Below, piece by piece: positions 47,759-57,198 of a stretch of DNA of 64,000 bases. A program made the position numbers and the translations under genes. The notes beneath the pieces were generated by a model. The model saw nothing but the letters and a program-made list of their open reading frames with translations. It did not search any database and was not told the DNA's origin. The stretch is from NCBI GenBank assembly GCA_028820935.1, contig JAPPHZ010000011.1, positions 5,797 to 69,796 of the forward strand, in the 5' to 3' direction. The first letter of the stretch is position 1, and every line of letters starts with the position of its first letter. This DNA is from a bacterium (GTDB taxonomy: Bacteria; Actinomycetota; Acidimicrobiia; Spongiisociales; Spongiisociaceae).

Positions 47759-49597
47759 ATGTGCGGCATCGTCGGCTACGTGGGTCCCCGCCAGGCGCAG
47801 GACGTTCTGATGCATGGCCTGGCCCGGCTGGAATACCGGGGATACGACTCCGCCGGGTTGGCGGTCACCGACCGCGGGAGGGTGTCGGTAGCCAAGGCGG
47901 AAGGGAAGCTCGCCCGCCTCATCGGACGGGTGGATCGGTCCCCCCTTCCCGGCCACGCCGGCATCGGCCACACCCGTTGGGCCACCCACGGGGTTCCTTC
48001 GGACCGCAATGCCCATCCCCACTCCGACACGACCGGCGACTTCGTGGTCGTGCACAACGGGATCGTGGAGAACTTCCAGGCCCTCCGCGACCGGCTCGAG
48101 GCCGATGGGATTGCCTTCCGTTCCGACACGGACTCCGAGGTTCTGGCCCATCTGGTCGCCGTTGCCTTCGACGGGGACCTGACCGAGGCGGTCCGCCGCA
48201 CCATCCGCCAGGCGGAGGGCGCCTACGCGCTGGTGGCGATGACCTCCCGCCAGCCGGATCGCATCGTGGCGGCCCGGATGATCAGCCCGCTGGTGGTGGG
48301 CCTGGGGGAGGGAGAGAACTTCCTGGCATCCGACATCCCTGCCGTCCTCGAGTACACCCGGGAGTTCCTGCTGGTGGAGGACGGTGAGATCGCCACCGTC
48401 GCCCGCGACGGCGCCACCCTCGAGACCATCGCCGGTAGTCCGGTCCGGAAGCAGCCCTTCACCGCCGACTGGGAGACCAATTCGGTGAGAAAGGGAGGGT
48501 TCGACCATTTCATGGCCAAGGAGATCCATGAGCAGCCAGACGTCATCTCCCGAACCCTGGGGGCGCGGATCCGGCCGAGCAGGGACGGGGGCGAGCACGT
48601 GGCGCTGGAGGACCTGGATTGGTCGGATCCGGACCCGGCGGCGATCGACCGGATCTGGATCACCGCCTGTGGCACCGCCTACCACGCCGGCCTGGTGGGC
48701 CGGGTCCTGTTCGAGCAGCTGGCCGGCATCCCCGGCGAGGTCGCCTTCGCGCACGAGCTTCGCTACGGCAAGCCGCTGTTCCGCGACGGATCGCTGACCC
48801 TGGCCATCAGCCAATCCGGAGAGACCGCCGACACGGTGGCCGCCGCCCGCCTGGCCCGCCGGCGCGGGTCCCGCCTGCTGGCCCTGACCAACGTGGTGGG
48901 ATCGAGTCTGGCCCGGGAGGCGGACGATGTCCTGTACACGTGGGCCGGACCCGAGATCTCGGTTGCCTCGACCAAGGCCTACGTGGCGATGCTGGTGGGG
49001 GAGAGCCTGCTGGCCATCGAGCTCGGCCGCAGGCGGGGCACGCTCTCCCGGACGGCGGAGCGGGAACTGGTAGCGGAGCTGCGGACGCTTCCCGGTAAGG
49101 CGGCCCGCGTGCTGGAGGGCATGGACGAGGTTTCCCGCCTGGCGGACATACTGGCGGGATCCCCCGACGCCTACTTCATCGGCCGCGGCCTGGACCTTGC
49201 CTCGGCCATGGAGGGCGCCCTCAAGCTGAAGGAGATCTCCTACATCCATGCCGAGGCGATGCCGGCCGGCGAGCTCAAGCACGGGACCCTGGCCCTGATC
49301 TCGGAAGGCACCCCGGTGGTGGCGGTGGTCACCCAGGAGGACGTGCACAGCAAGGCCATGCTGGGCCTCCAGGAGGTCAAGGCCCGCCGCGGCCTGGTCA
49401 TCGCGGTCGCCTACGAGGACGACGAGGAGATCGGAATGGTCGCCGACCACGTGCTCCGGATACCTCGGGTCGCCGACGTCTTCTCGCCCATCCTGGCCGC
49501 CATACCCCTCCAGCTGCTCGCCTACTTCGTGGCCCGCCGCCTGGGCAGGGACATCGACCAGCCGCGCAACCTGGCGAAGAGCGTGACGGTCGAGTAA
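47759..49597 (+). CDS. glmS: Glutamine--fructose-6-phosphate aminotransferase
   Basis: The N-terminal MCGIVGY (Cys nucleophile) and two SIS domains are present. GGAGG sits before the ATG at 47759. The 54-codon upstream extension of the ORF track is leader. Confidence 0.9.
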   Translation: MCGIVGYVGPRQAQDVLMHGLARLEYRGYDSAGLAVTDRGRVSVAKAEGKLARLIGRVDRSPLPGHAGIGHTRWATHGVPSDRNAHPHSDTTGDFVVVHNGIVENFQALRDRLEADGIAFRSDTDSEVLAHLVAVAFDGDLTEAVRRTIRQAEGAYALVAMTSRQPDRIVAARMISPLVVGLGEGENFLASDIPAVLEYTREFLLVEDGEIATVARDGATLETIAGSPVRKQPFTADWETNSVRKGGFDHFMAKEIHEQPDVISRTLGARIRPSRDGGEHVALEDLDWSDPDPAAIDRIWITACGTAYHAGLVGRVLFEQLAGIPGEVAFAHELRYGKPLFRDGSLTLAISQSGETADTVAAARLARRRGSRLLALTNVVGSSLAREADDVLYTWAGPEISVASTKAYVAMLVGESLLAIELGRRRGTLSRTAERELVAELRTLPGKAARVLEGMDEVSRLADILAGSPDAYFIGRGLDLASAMEGALKLKEISYIHAEAMPAGELKHGTLALISEGTPVVAVVTQEDVHSKAMLGLQEVKARRGLVIAVAYEDDEEIGMVADHVLRIPRVADVFSPILAAIPLQLLAYFVARRLGRDIDQPRNLAKSVTVE

Positions 49598-49634
49598 CGC
49601 CCGTTCGCTCAGCGCCCTCCTAACCTTGCTGTCC

Positions 49635-50009
49635 ATGCGGATCATCGGGTTGGGCGTGGACATTGCCGAGATCGATCGGGTCGAACGGGTCCTCGCCCGC
49701 TATCCACGGTTCGCGCAACGGTGCTTCACGGCTCACGAGCAGGCATACGCCGAGCGGTTCTCCAACCCGGCCCGCCGGTACGCCGCCCGTTTCGCGGGCA
49801 AGGAAGCGGTGATGAAGGCGCTCGGTACCGGATACCGGATGGTGCGCTGGCGCGATGTCGAGATCACGGGCGGAGGTAAGCCGGAGGTGAACCTGACCGG
49901 CACCGGCGCCGCACGCGCCGCTTCGCTAGAAGTAACCCGAGTGGAGATAACGATCACCCACACCGATTCCCAGGCCCTCGTGTTCGCCATCGCGCTGGCG
50001 GAGCACTAA
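49635..50009 (+). CDS. acpS: Holo-[acyl-carrier-protein] synthase
   Basis: The MRIIGLGVDIAEIDRV motif is present. Confidence 0.8.
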   Translation: MRIIGLGVDIAEIDRVERVLARYPRFAQRCFTAHEQAYAERFSNPARRYAARFAGKEAVMKALGTGYRMVRWRDVEITGGGKPEVNLTGTGAARAASLEVTRVEITITHTDSQALVFAIALAEH

Positions 50010-50039
50010 CAGGCCGCACGGGCGTAAGCCCGTTGAGTC

Positions 50040-51215
50040 CTACCAGGACTCGGTGCCGGTTATCAGCCTTCGGGCCAGCTCGATGGCCTGGTGGTCTTCC
50101 AGGTTGGCGAAGGCCAGCCGCAGGTAGCGGTCTTGGCCGGGGCCGAACATCTCGCCCGCCAGCGACAGGATGCCGAGCCGGTCGAACAGCCGCCATGCCA
50201 CTTCCTTGCCTGCCACTCCTTCGAACGGATGGCGGACGTACGCGAAGAAACCCCCGGCCGAGGCCACCGAGTAGGGGCTGTCCTCCATGGACGCTGCGAA
50301 GCTCTCGACCCTGCGGTTCAGGGTGCGGCGATTGGACTCCACCCACGGCGCCAGGTGCGCCAGCCCGTACCGGGCGGCCTCCTGGCCGATCCGGTTGGGG
50401 CAGATCGTGAGGCAGTCGGCCGCCTTGTCCACCTCGTGGAGTAAGCCGGGGGAGGCAGCCATGCCGCCCACCCGGAAGCCTGGGATCGAGTACACCTTCG
50501 AGAAACTGTGGATATGGATGACGGACCGGTCCCAGCCGGGGTCCTCGAACAGATGGTGCGCGGGCTCGGTGGTGGTCCGGAAGTCCCGGTATGTCTCGTC
50601 GAGGACCAGGTACAGCTGCCGGTCGGCCGCCAGGCGGGCGAACCGGGATATGAGCTCGGGGGGATACACGGCCCCGGTCGGGTTATTGGGGGTGACCAGG
50701 ACGATGACCCGGGTGCGATCGTCGATCAAGGCGGCGGCGGCCTCCACCGAAGGGAGCATCCCGTCCGAGCAGGCCAGGTAGTCGCGCTCCACGCCGCTCA
50801 TGCTCAGCCACATGTCGTGGTTGAAGTAGTAGGGAACGGGCAGGATGACCCGGTCGCCGGGCTCGCACAGAACCGCCACCGCCAGGCAGAAGGCCTGGTT
50901 GGCGCCGGCCGTGATGGCCACCTGGTCGGACCGGACCGTTCCCCGGTAGGCGGCCGAGAGGTCGGATGCCAGGGCGCTCCGGAGTTCCGGGTCGCCCAGG
51001 ACCGGTCCGTATCGCGAGATGGCGGCCGGATCCAGCCCGGATAGGTGCTCCGCCAGGCTGGTAGGTGGTGGATATCCGGGAACAGCCTGCGATACGTCGA
51101 GGAGCGGATAGCCATGGTCTCGGGCGCCGCTCGCCGCCCAAGCCCGCACCTCGCTCACCGGCGATGTCATGGTGGCCCGAACCCGGGTGCTGAAGGCGGG
51201 AGGAGATGGGTCCAT
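50040..51215 (-). CDS. PLP-dependent aminotransferase, class I/II
   Basis: The SFSKVYSIPGFRVG PLP-Lys motif and NPTG motif are present. Confidence 0.75.
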   Translation of the reverse strand: MDPSPPAFSTRVRATMTSPVSEVRAWAASGARDHGYPLLDVSQAVPGYPPPTSLAEHLSGLDPAAISRYGPVLGDPELRSALASDLSAAYRGTVRSDQVAITAGANQAFCLAVAVLCEPGDRVILPVPYYFNHDMWLSMSGVERDYLACSDGMLPSVEAAAALIDDRTRVIVLVTPNNPTGAVYPPELISRFARLAADRQLYLVLDETYRDFRTTTEPAHHLFEDPGWDRSVIHIHSFSKVYSIPGFRVGGMAASPGLLHEVDKAADCLTICPNRIGQEAARYGLAHLAPWVESNRRTLNRRVESFAASMEDSPYSVASAGGFFAYVRHPFEGVAGKEVAWRLFDRLGILSLAGEMFGPGQDRYLRLAFANLEDHQAIELARRLITGTESW

Positions 51216-51331
51216 ACGGCGTCCTAGCGGTCAGTGGCGGATGGTGGAGCCATCCGGGACTCGGGGTCGGCCCCGGCTCCAACGATAGGCACAGGCTCCG
51301 CCGGCTCGTCCCCCGTCCGGCATCCGGAGGA

Positions 51332-52450
51332 TCACGGCCCACCGGGGCCGTCCGGCGCGGCCGGACGGCTCGGGGAATCGTCATGGGCGGATAGCTTGAT
51401 CGGGTTCCCGGCGATCTCCAGTCTCGTGCCGTCGGGGAGATCGACCCCGACGATCATGTTGCGGGCCCGCACGGCCGGGTCGGCCATCACATCGGCGATG
51501 TCGTTGATCGGGCCACTCGGAACACCGGCCTCTTCCAGCCGCTCCAGCCAGACGTCGGCCCGCTGCCCCGTCAACACGGTTTCCATCTCCTCACCCAGCT
51601 CGTTGACATGCCGGGTGCGGGCGTCGTTGTCGAGGAACCGGGGATCGTCAGCCCACCCCGGCCGGCCCAGCGTGGCGCACAGGCTCCGGAAGAGGCTGTC
51701 GTTGCCGGCTGCGATCACGATCGGGCGGTCGGCGGTCCGGTAGGCGCCGAAGGGGGTGATCGACGGATGGCGGGCGCCCAGCGGACCGGGTGTCTCCCCG
51801 GTTGCCGAATGCCGGGCGATGGCGTTCTCCAGGATGGCCACCTGGCAGTCGAGCATGGAGATGTCGACCATCTGGCCCCGCCCCGTCCGCTTCCGGTCGT
51901 GTAGAGCGCCCAGAATGCCGGCCACGGCGAACAATCCGGCGGTGATGTCTCCCACCGATGTCCCCACCCGCACCGGAGGACCTCCCGGCACCCCGGTAAG
52001 GCTCATGAGACCTCCCATGCCCTGTACCACCATGTCGTAGGCGGGACGTTCCGCGTAGGGTCCGCGGTGCCCGAACCCGCTCACGGCCGCGTAAACCAAC
52101 CGGGGCCAGCGCGCCGACAGCTCATCCCACCCGTAGCCGAGGCGTTCCATGGCGCCGGGCCGGTAGTTCTCCACCAGGACATCGGCTTCGTCCAATAGCG
52201 CCTCGAAACGCGACCGATCAGCCGCGTCCTTGAGGTCGAGTGTTAGACCTGTCTTGCCCCGGTTGAGGGATTCGTAATAGACGCTACGCCCGCCCACGAA
52301 GGGCCCGAACCGGCGAGCGTCATCTCCCCCTCCCGGCGGTTCGACCTTTATGACACGGGCGCCGAGGTCGGCCAGCACCATGGTGGCGTACGGCCCGGCC
52401 AGCACCCGGCTCAGATCCACGATGGTGACATCGGAGAGAGGCCCACTCAT
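51332..52450 (-). CDS. CoA-transferase family III (CaiB/BaiF/Frc-like)
   Basis: The sequence MSGPLSDVTIVDLSRVLAGPYATMVLADLGARVIKVE is present. The real start is at 52450. The 107-codon upstream extension overlaps vapC. Confidence 0.8.
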   Translation of the reverse strand: MSGPLSDVTIVDLSRVLAGPYATMVLADLGARVIKVEPPGGGDDARRFGPFVGGRSVYYESLNRGKTGLTLDLKDAADRSRFEALLDEADVLVENYRPGAMERLGYGWDELSARWPRLVYAAVSGFGHRGPYAERPAYDMVVQGMGGLMSLTGVPGGPPVRVGTSVGDITAGLFAVAGILGALHDRKRTGRGQMVDISMLDCQVAILENAIARHSATGETPGPLGARHPSITPFGAYRTADRPIVIAAGNDSLFRSLCATLGRPGWADDPRFLDNDARTRHVNELGEEMETVLTGQRADVWLERLEEAGVPSGPINDIADVMADPAVRARNMIVGVDLPDGTRLEIAGNPIKLSAHDDSPSRPAAPDGPGGP

Positions 52451-52869
52451 GGTCGTGGGTCCCAGGGGTTGAAGACGTCGACAGCCACGTATCGGAAGTC
52501 GGCTACGTTTCGGGTGGCGATCGTCAGGTTGTTGGCGCGGGCCGTTCCGGCGATGAGAGCGTCGCCAAGGTCGAGGATGTGTCCCGTGCGGCGTGCCTGT
52601 GCTCGGAATCGAGCTGACCGCTCCGCTGCGATCCTGTCGACGGTCAGGATGCGGTCCTCGTATATGGAAACGATGCTTGTGACCACCGCGGTGAGACGAG
52701 CCTGCCGACGTCCGGCTGGAAGCAGCAACAGGCCGTATTCCAGCTCGTGTATGACTATTGACGACAGCCACAAATCGTCGTGATCTGCCAGAAACGCAAT
52801 CACATGCGACGAAGGGCTATCTCTCGTCAGTTCCGACACCACGTTGGTGTCCAGGAGAAAGCCGTTCAA
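52447..52869 (-). CDS. vapC: PIN-domain toxin VapC
   Basis: The LLDTNVVSE N-terminal acidic motif and later conserved D/E residues are present. It overlaps the CoA-transferase start (ATGA). Confidence 0.8.
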   Translation of the reverse strand: MNGFLLDTNVVSELTRDSPSSHVIAFLADHDDLWLSSIVIHELEYGLLLLPAGRRQARLTAVVTSIVSIYEDRILTVDRIAAERSARFRAQARRTGHILDLGDALIAGTARANNLTIATRNVADFRYVAVDVFNPWDPRP

Positions 52870-53141
52870 TCCGGCGCCTGTGCCCCGAAGGGAATCTGCC
52901 GTGCGGATCGCCTGTCACCCGGAGTGTCGAGATTCAGCCCGCGCGGGACGTTCTCTATCAACCACTTTCCCAGAGGCTGGCGAGGTGGTGCCTTCTCGTA
53001 CCATGTGGTCGCAGGCACCACCACGAAGGACCGGCGGACACCAATGTGTTGCGGTCCCTCCGTTTCTGCGAGGCGCAGTATCTCGGAGAGACGCCCCTTG
53101 GCCTCGGCCACGGTCCAGATCCGCACTGCTCCCGGATCAAT
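52866..53141 (-). CDS. Phd/YefM-family antitoxin
   Basis: The sequence TVAEAKGRLSEILRLAE...HIGVRR...VVVP is present. AGGAGA sits before the ATG at 53141. A 4-nt overlap links it to vapC. Confidence 0.65.
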   Translation of the reverse strand: MDPGAVRIWTVAEAKGRLSEILRLAETEGPQHIGVRRSFVVVPATTWYEKAPPRQPLGKWLIENVPRGLNLDTPGDRRSARQIPFGAQAPD

Positions 53142-53229
53142 CATTGTCCCGGATTCTCCTAGGATGAACTGGTCCATTATAGACCACTTTCTGTGACGAC
53201 ATTCGTGTCGCTTTTGGGTTCTACTTTGC

Positions 53230-54369
53230 CTAAAGGGGTTTGCGGGCCAGGAAGCAGTACAGCGGCGTGAAGATCCCGGTCCTGCCGCCTGCGACATACG
53301 CGCCGGCGGTCGCATTCAGCAGCCTGACGACATCCTTGGTGCCCTTCGGGAGCACCCGAAGGGCCTCGGCGAGGCCGGCCATCCCGATGTGAGCCTTCAG
53401 GTTCTGCATCCTCATACGGGTGGCCATGGGCTGGTACCAGGGCTTCGAGGGGTGGGTCCTGTCGACGGCCCGGTCTATGCCTTCGACAACCTCGAATCCC
53501 GCTGTTGCGAGCGCACGGTCCACCTCATCCGTCGTGGCGATGTCCTTGAGCGCGATGCCGTGCATCAGGTCCGCCTTGATGGCCCGGTGCTCGCTGTCGT
53601 GGGGGTCGAACCTGTCGGTCAGGCACATTTCCTGGCCCCAGAAGAGCGAGCCGGGCTTCAGCACGCGGTAGATCTCGGTGAAGGCGCCGACCTTGTCCGG
53701 CGCATGGCATGTCGACTCGATCGCGTATGCCCTGTCGTACGTGCCGTCTGCGATGGCGCCCATGTCCATGAAGCTGGTAGCGAGGTAGTCGACCATGTGG
53801 TCGATGCCCGCCTCGGCGCTCAACGACCTCGCCTTGGCCAGCTGGACTTCGCTGTAGTTGACCCCTAAGACCCTGACGCCGGCCTCACGAACGACACGGC
53901 GCATCGGACCGCCGATGCCGCAACCGATATCGACCACCGTCATGCCCTCACGCAACTCCAGCTTGGAGATCATCAGCCGCTGATGCCGGATCTTGGAGTC
54001 CTCCAGGCTCTCGCCGGGAGAAAGCGGAGCGAAGTGCAGCGACTCTCCCCAGCCGAAGATCATCAACTCGCTGCAAAGGTCGTAATACTCCCTGACGGTC
54101 TCAGCGTGCTCGTAGCCCTTGGCGTCCTCACCGTCCGCCGAAGCCCGGCCGGTCCATCCATCGAAGCGTCGCACGCGACGGGTGACGTCCGAGCCGCGAT
54201 ATGTGGACCTCAGTCCCTTGTAAAGCCGAAGAAGTCTCAAGAGTCCCTTACGGGGTGGGGATACGGCGCAACGCTTCCATTCTGGCACGGACTGTTCTGC
54301 CCCCCGGGAGAGTTCCTCCGTGTTGTCCAGGGAGTGGCTGCATGCGGCGCAAGGCGGGTTCGTCATCAT
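53230..54369 (-). CDS. Sterol-methyltransferase-type SAM-dependent methyltransferase (ERG6/SMT family)
   Basis: SMT region I (YYDLCSELMIFGWGESLHFAP), the SAM motif (VDIGCGIGGP) and a C-terminal Sterol_MT_C-like tail are present. Confidence 0.7.
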   Translation of the reverse strand: MMTNPPCAACSHSLDNTEELSRGAEQSVPEWKRCAVSPPRKGLLRLLRLYKGLRSTYRGSDVTRRVRRFDGWTGRASADGEDAKGYEHAETVREYYDLCSELMIFGWGESLHFAPLSPGESLEDSKIRHQRLMISKLELREGMTVVDIGCGIGGPMRRVVREAGVRVLGVNYSEVQLAKARSLSAEAGIDHMVDYLATSFMDMGAIADGTYDRAYAIESTCHAPDKVGAFTEIYRVLKPGSLFWGQEMCLTDRFDPHDSEHRAIKADLMHGIALKDIATTDEVDRALATAGFEVVEGIDRAVDRTHPSKPWYQPMATRMRMQNLKAHIGMAGLAEALRVLPKGTKDVVRLLNATAGAYVAGGRTGIFTPLYCFLARKPL

Positions 54370-54508
54370 GACGTGATGAGGCCGGCTCGAGTTGCACCTA
54401 AGCTGTCACGAACTTGAAGAAGCCTGGTACCCGGGTGGGCTTCGGACCCCCAGACTCCCTGGGGCAGCGGAGTTCAGCTGTTTCGGTCGACACTCTTGAT
54501 GGTTACCC

Positions 54509-55141
54509 ATGAGCCCTAGCACAGCATGGTTCGCGACGGCTGCCAGGCGGCACCCCGTGCTCGCCGGAGTGACAGTTCTTTACGTGGCCGTGTGGACCGC
54601 GTACGGCATCGCTACCGATGCGGCCGGGGTGTACGCCTATCTGGTCTGGATGGTCTTCGCCGTGGGCCTCATGGCATATCTCGACGGGCTGGTTCGCTTC
54701 TCCACCCACGTGCTCGTATTGCTGTGCATAGTCGGCTTCTGCCACATGGCGGGCGCCAACCTCGAAATCTCCGGATCCATCCTCTACAGGCAGGTCTGGT
54801 TCGGGCTCGTCCGTTACGACCACCTGGTCCATGTCTTCGGTCTGGGCGCCGCCGGGTTGGCCGTCTGGGAGGCGACGCGCCGGATGCTGGCAGCCGGCAG
54901 TGGTATCAGAGCCGCGGTGGTGGTGATCCTCGGGGCCAACACCGTCGGGGCCCTCATCGAGATCGGTGAGTACCTGGCCAGCGTGACCCTCGGGGAAGTC
55001 CGGTTGGGTGCCTACGCCAACAACATGCAGGACCTGATAGCCAACCTGGTTGGCTCCCTGGTCGCCGCATGGTGGGTTATGCGACGAACTGAGCCAGCAC
55101 GACCCCCAGGATCGCCAGATCGGTCACGGCGTGCGCGATGA
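54509..55141 (+). CDS. Membrane protein, DUF2238-like
   Basis: A 210-aa polytopic hydrophobic protein. Confidence 0.4.
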   Translation: MSPSTAWFATAARRHPVLAGVTVLYVAVWTAYGIATDAAGVYAYLVWMVFAVGLMAYLDGLVRFSTHVLVLLCIVGFCHMAGANLEISGSILYRQVWFGLVRYDHLVHVFGLGAAGLAVWEATRRMLAAGSGIRAAVVVILGANTVGALIEIGEYLASVTLGEVRLGAYANNMQDLIANLVGSLVAAWWVMRRTEPARPPGSPDRSRRAR

Positions 55142-55865
55142 CCGGCACGGCCAGGCCGCCGGATCGCCGACGTAACAGGCCCAGCACCAGGCCGTAGAGG
55201 AAGGCGAGTACGACTCCGCCGAGTCCTTGCAGGATGCCGGTGGGGAAGTGGAGAGCGGCGAAGACGGCCGCCTGCATCACCAGTGCTGTGACGCCAGGTC
55301 GGAGGACCCTCTCGAGCGAATCCTGGATGATCCCCCGGTAGACGGCCTCTTCGACCACGGCGTTGACCACGGCGGCGAGAACTCCGAGGGACAGGAGGGT
55401 CCAGATGGACCAGTCCCGGGTTATCTCGACGATGTCGGCCAGTTGCTCCGGCCTCCGCTCGTACCACGCCCAGACGGCCAATCCTGCGACCAGGCCGACC
55501 GCGGCGCCGACGGCTCCCTGCCGGAGGTTGCATGACCACGCCCGGCGCCAGGGGGCAACCTCACGCAACCACGGCAATCGCGATGCGACCACCACGTATA
55601 CGACAACAGCGAGACCGAACAGCAACCGTTTCGGCCGCAGGCCCGTGAGCCCGAGCAGGAGGAAGGCCACCAGCAGAACGCCGATGGCACCCGCCGCGGG
55701 CATCTTCCGGACCATGGCGATGGTTGCCAGCAAGATCGCGGCGATCCCGCCTGCGGCAACCATGCCGGCCGAATTTGCGAACGGAAGGGCAGTCGCCAGA
55801 CCCGTGAGCAATACGACGGCAACTACCTCGCCCCGCATGTCGGTACGCGGCCTCATGCCGTTCAT
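55077..55865 (-). CDS. CPBP-family (CAAX/Abi) intramembrane metalloprotease
   Basis: The EEAVYRG, FAALH and HAVTD motifs are present. Confidence 0.7.
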   Translation of the reverse strand: MNGMRPRTDMRGEVVAVVLLTGLATALPFANSAGMVAAGGIAAILLATIAMVRKMPAAGAIGVLLVAFLLLGLTGLRPKRLLFGLAVVVYVVVASRLPWLREVAPWRRAWSCNLRQGAVGAAVGLVAGLAVWAWYERRPEQLADIVEITRDWSIWTLLSLGVLAAVVNAVVEEAVYRGIIQDSLERVLRPGVTALVMQAAVFAALHFPTGILQGLGGVVLAFLYGLVLGLLRRRSGGLAVPVIAHAVTDLAILGVVLAQFVA

Positions 55866-56038
55866 GTTTGCAGGTGGGTTGGTACCCGCCGGTTACGACA
55901 CGCAGGGGTGGCGGCGAGTACGGTTGTGACCACCGCCGGTCCCGAAGTTCCGATGGTGATGCTACGGCTGTACGCGCCCGGCGGAAGCGAGCAACGGCCG
56001 GCGCAGGATCGAGGCTGCGGGTGGTAGGAAGGAGCCGC

Positions 56039-56899
56039 GTGAGCAGACTCCATGTCATCGGTGCCGGGACGCCGACACCGACGCCGCAACGTTTCGGCAC
56101 GGCCTTTGTGGTCGACACCGGATCTGACCTGGTCATGTTCGATTGCGGTCCGGCCGCCACCCACAAGCTGGTGAAGGCGGGTCTGTGGCCGACCCGCATC
56201 GATCATCTCTTTTTCACGCACCATCACTTCGATCACGACGCCGACTACCCCTGTTTCCTTCTTTGCAGGTGGGACCAGAGCATCGGCCGGGAGAACACGC
56301 TCAAGGTACGGGGACCGACGCTAACGGCCGGCATCACGGAGGGCCTGATCGGTGAGGACGGGGTCTTCGCCCACGATTGGAAGGCCCGGGTGAGGACGCC
56401 GGTGAGCCAGCGGGTCTTCGTGAACCGAGGGGGCGTCCTACCGCGCCCGGCTCCCGTGGTGGACGCCGCGGATATCGGTCCCGGTTCCGTGATCGAGGGC
56501 CCCGACTGGCTGGTGCGGTCCGCGGAAGCCGTCCACGTGCAGCCGTTCCACGACTCTCTCGCGTACCGGATCGAGACACCGACGGCGAGCATCGTCGTGA
56601 CCGGGGACACACAGCCGTGCGACTCCGTGGTGGCTCTCGCCACGGGGGCGACCGCCCTGGTGAGCATGTGCTGGGACCACGAGGATGCGATGGAGGAGTG
56701 CGGTGAGGCTCCGGGCCAGACCGGGACGAAGGGTGCGGCGCGGATGGCTCGTGAGGCGGAGGTCGGGAAGCTGATCCTGGTCCATAGGGGACCCGGACTC
56801 GAGGGTGAGGAGTCGGAGGCACGGGCCAGATCCGACGTTGAGGGTATCTACGACGGCGAGGTGATCCTTGCCGATGAGTTGGATGTGATCGACATCTGA
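56039..56899 (+). CDS. MBL-fold metallo-hydrolase
   Basis: The HHHFDHD motif is present. A GTG start has GGAAGGAG upstream. The upstream ORF extension is Arg-rich non-coding. Confidence 0.65.
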   Translation: MSRLHVIGAGTPTPTPQRFGTAFVVDTGSDLVMFDCGPAATHKLVKAGLWPTRIDHLFFTHHHFDHDADYPCFLLCRWDQSIGRENTLKVRGPTLTAGITEGLIGEDGVFAHDWKARVRTPVSQRVFVNRGGVLPRPAPVVDAADIGPGSVIEGPDWLVRSAEAVHVQPFHDSLAYRIETPTASIVVTGDTQPCDSVVALATGATALVSMCWDHEDAMEECGEAPGQTGTKGAARMAREAEVGKLILVHRGPGLEGEESEARARSDVEGIYDGEVILADELDVIDI

Positions 56900-57198
56900 C
56901 CAGCAACGCGCAGACACGTGAGATGTGAGGGCATTTCGACCACTCCGGGTCGATTCCACCTCCGTCTCCGAGCGGTCAACAGAATCGACCCGTACCCAGG
57001 CACAACATCGGGCGTGAGCCCTCGACCCTTCAGGAGTTTTTTACCACTCCACCCCGCATGTCCGCGCCGGGCTCGTTAGGCTTTTTGTGACCCATATGCA
57101 TTCGACCATACGATCGGACCACCGGCTGTGTGGCTCCTGCCCCAGGCCGATGGGCGAGAGGCTCCGCTAGAGGTCTATCGAAGACTAGGGAGTGGAGC

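Noticed and set aside
47153-49663. 836-aa ORF antisense to glmS
   Set aside because: The plus strand encodes an unmistakable GlmS (MCGIVGY, SIS domains). The minus ORF is a GC-skew artefact.
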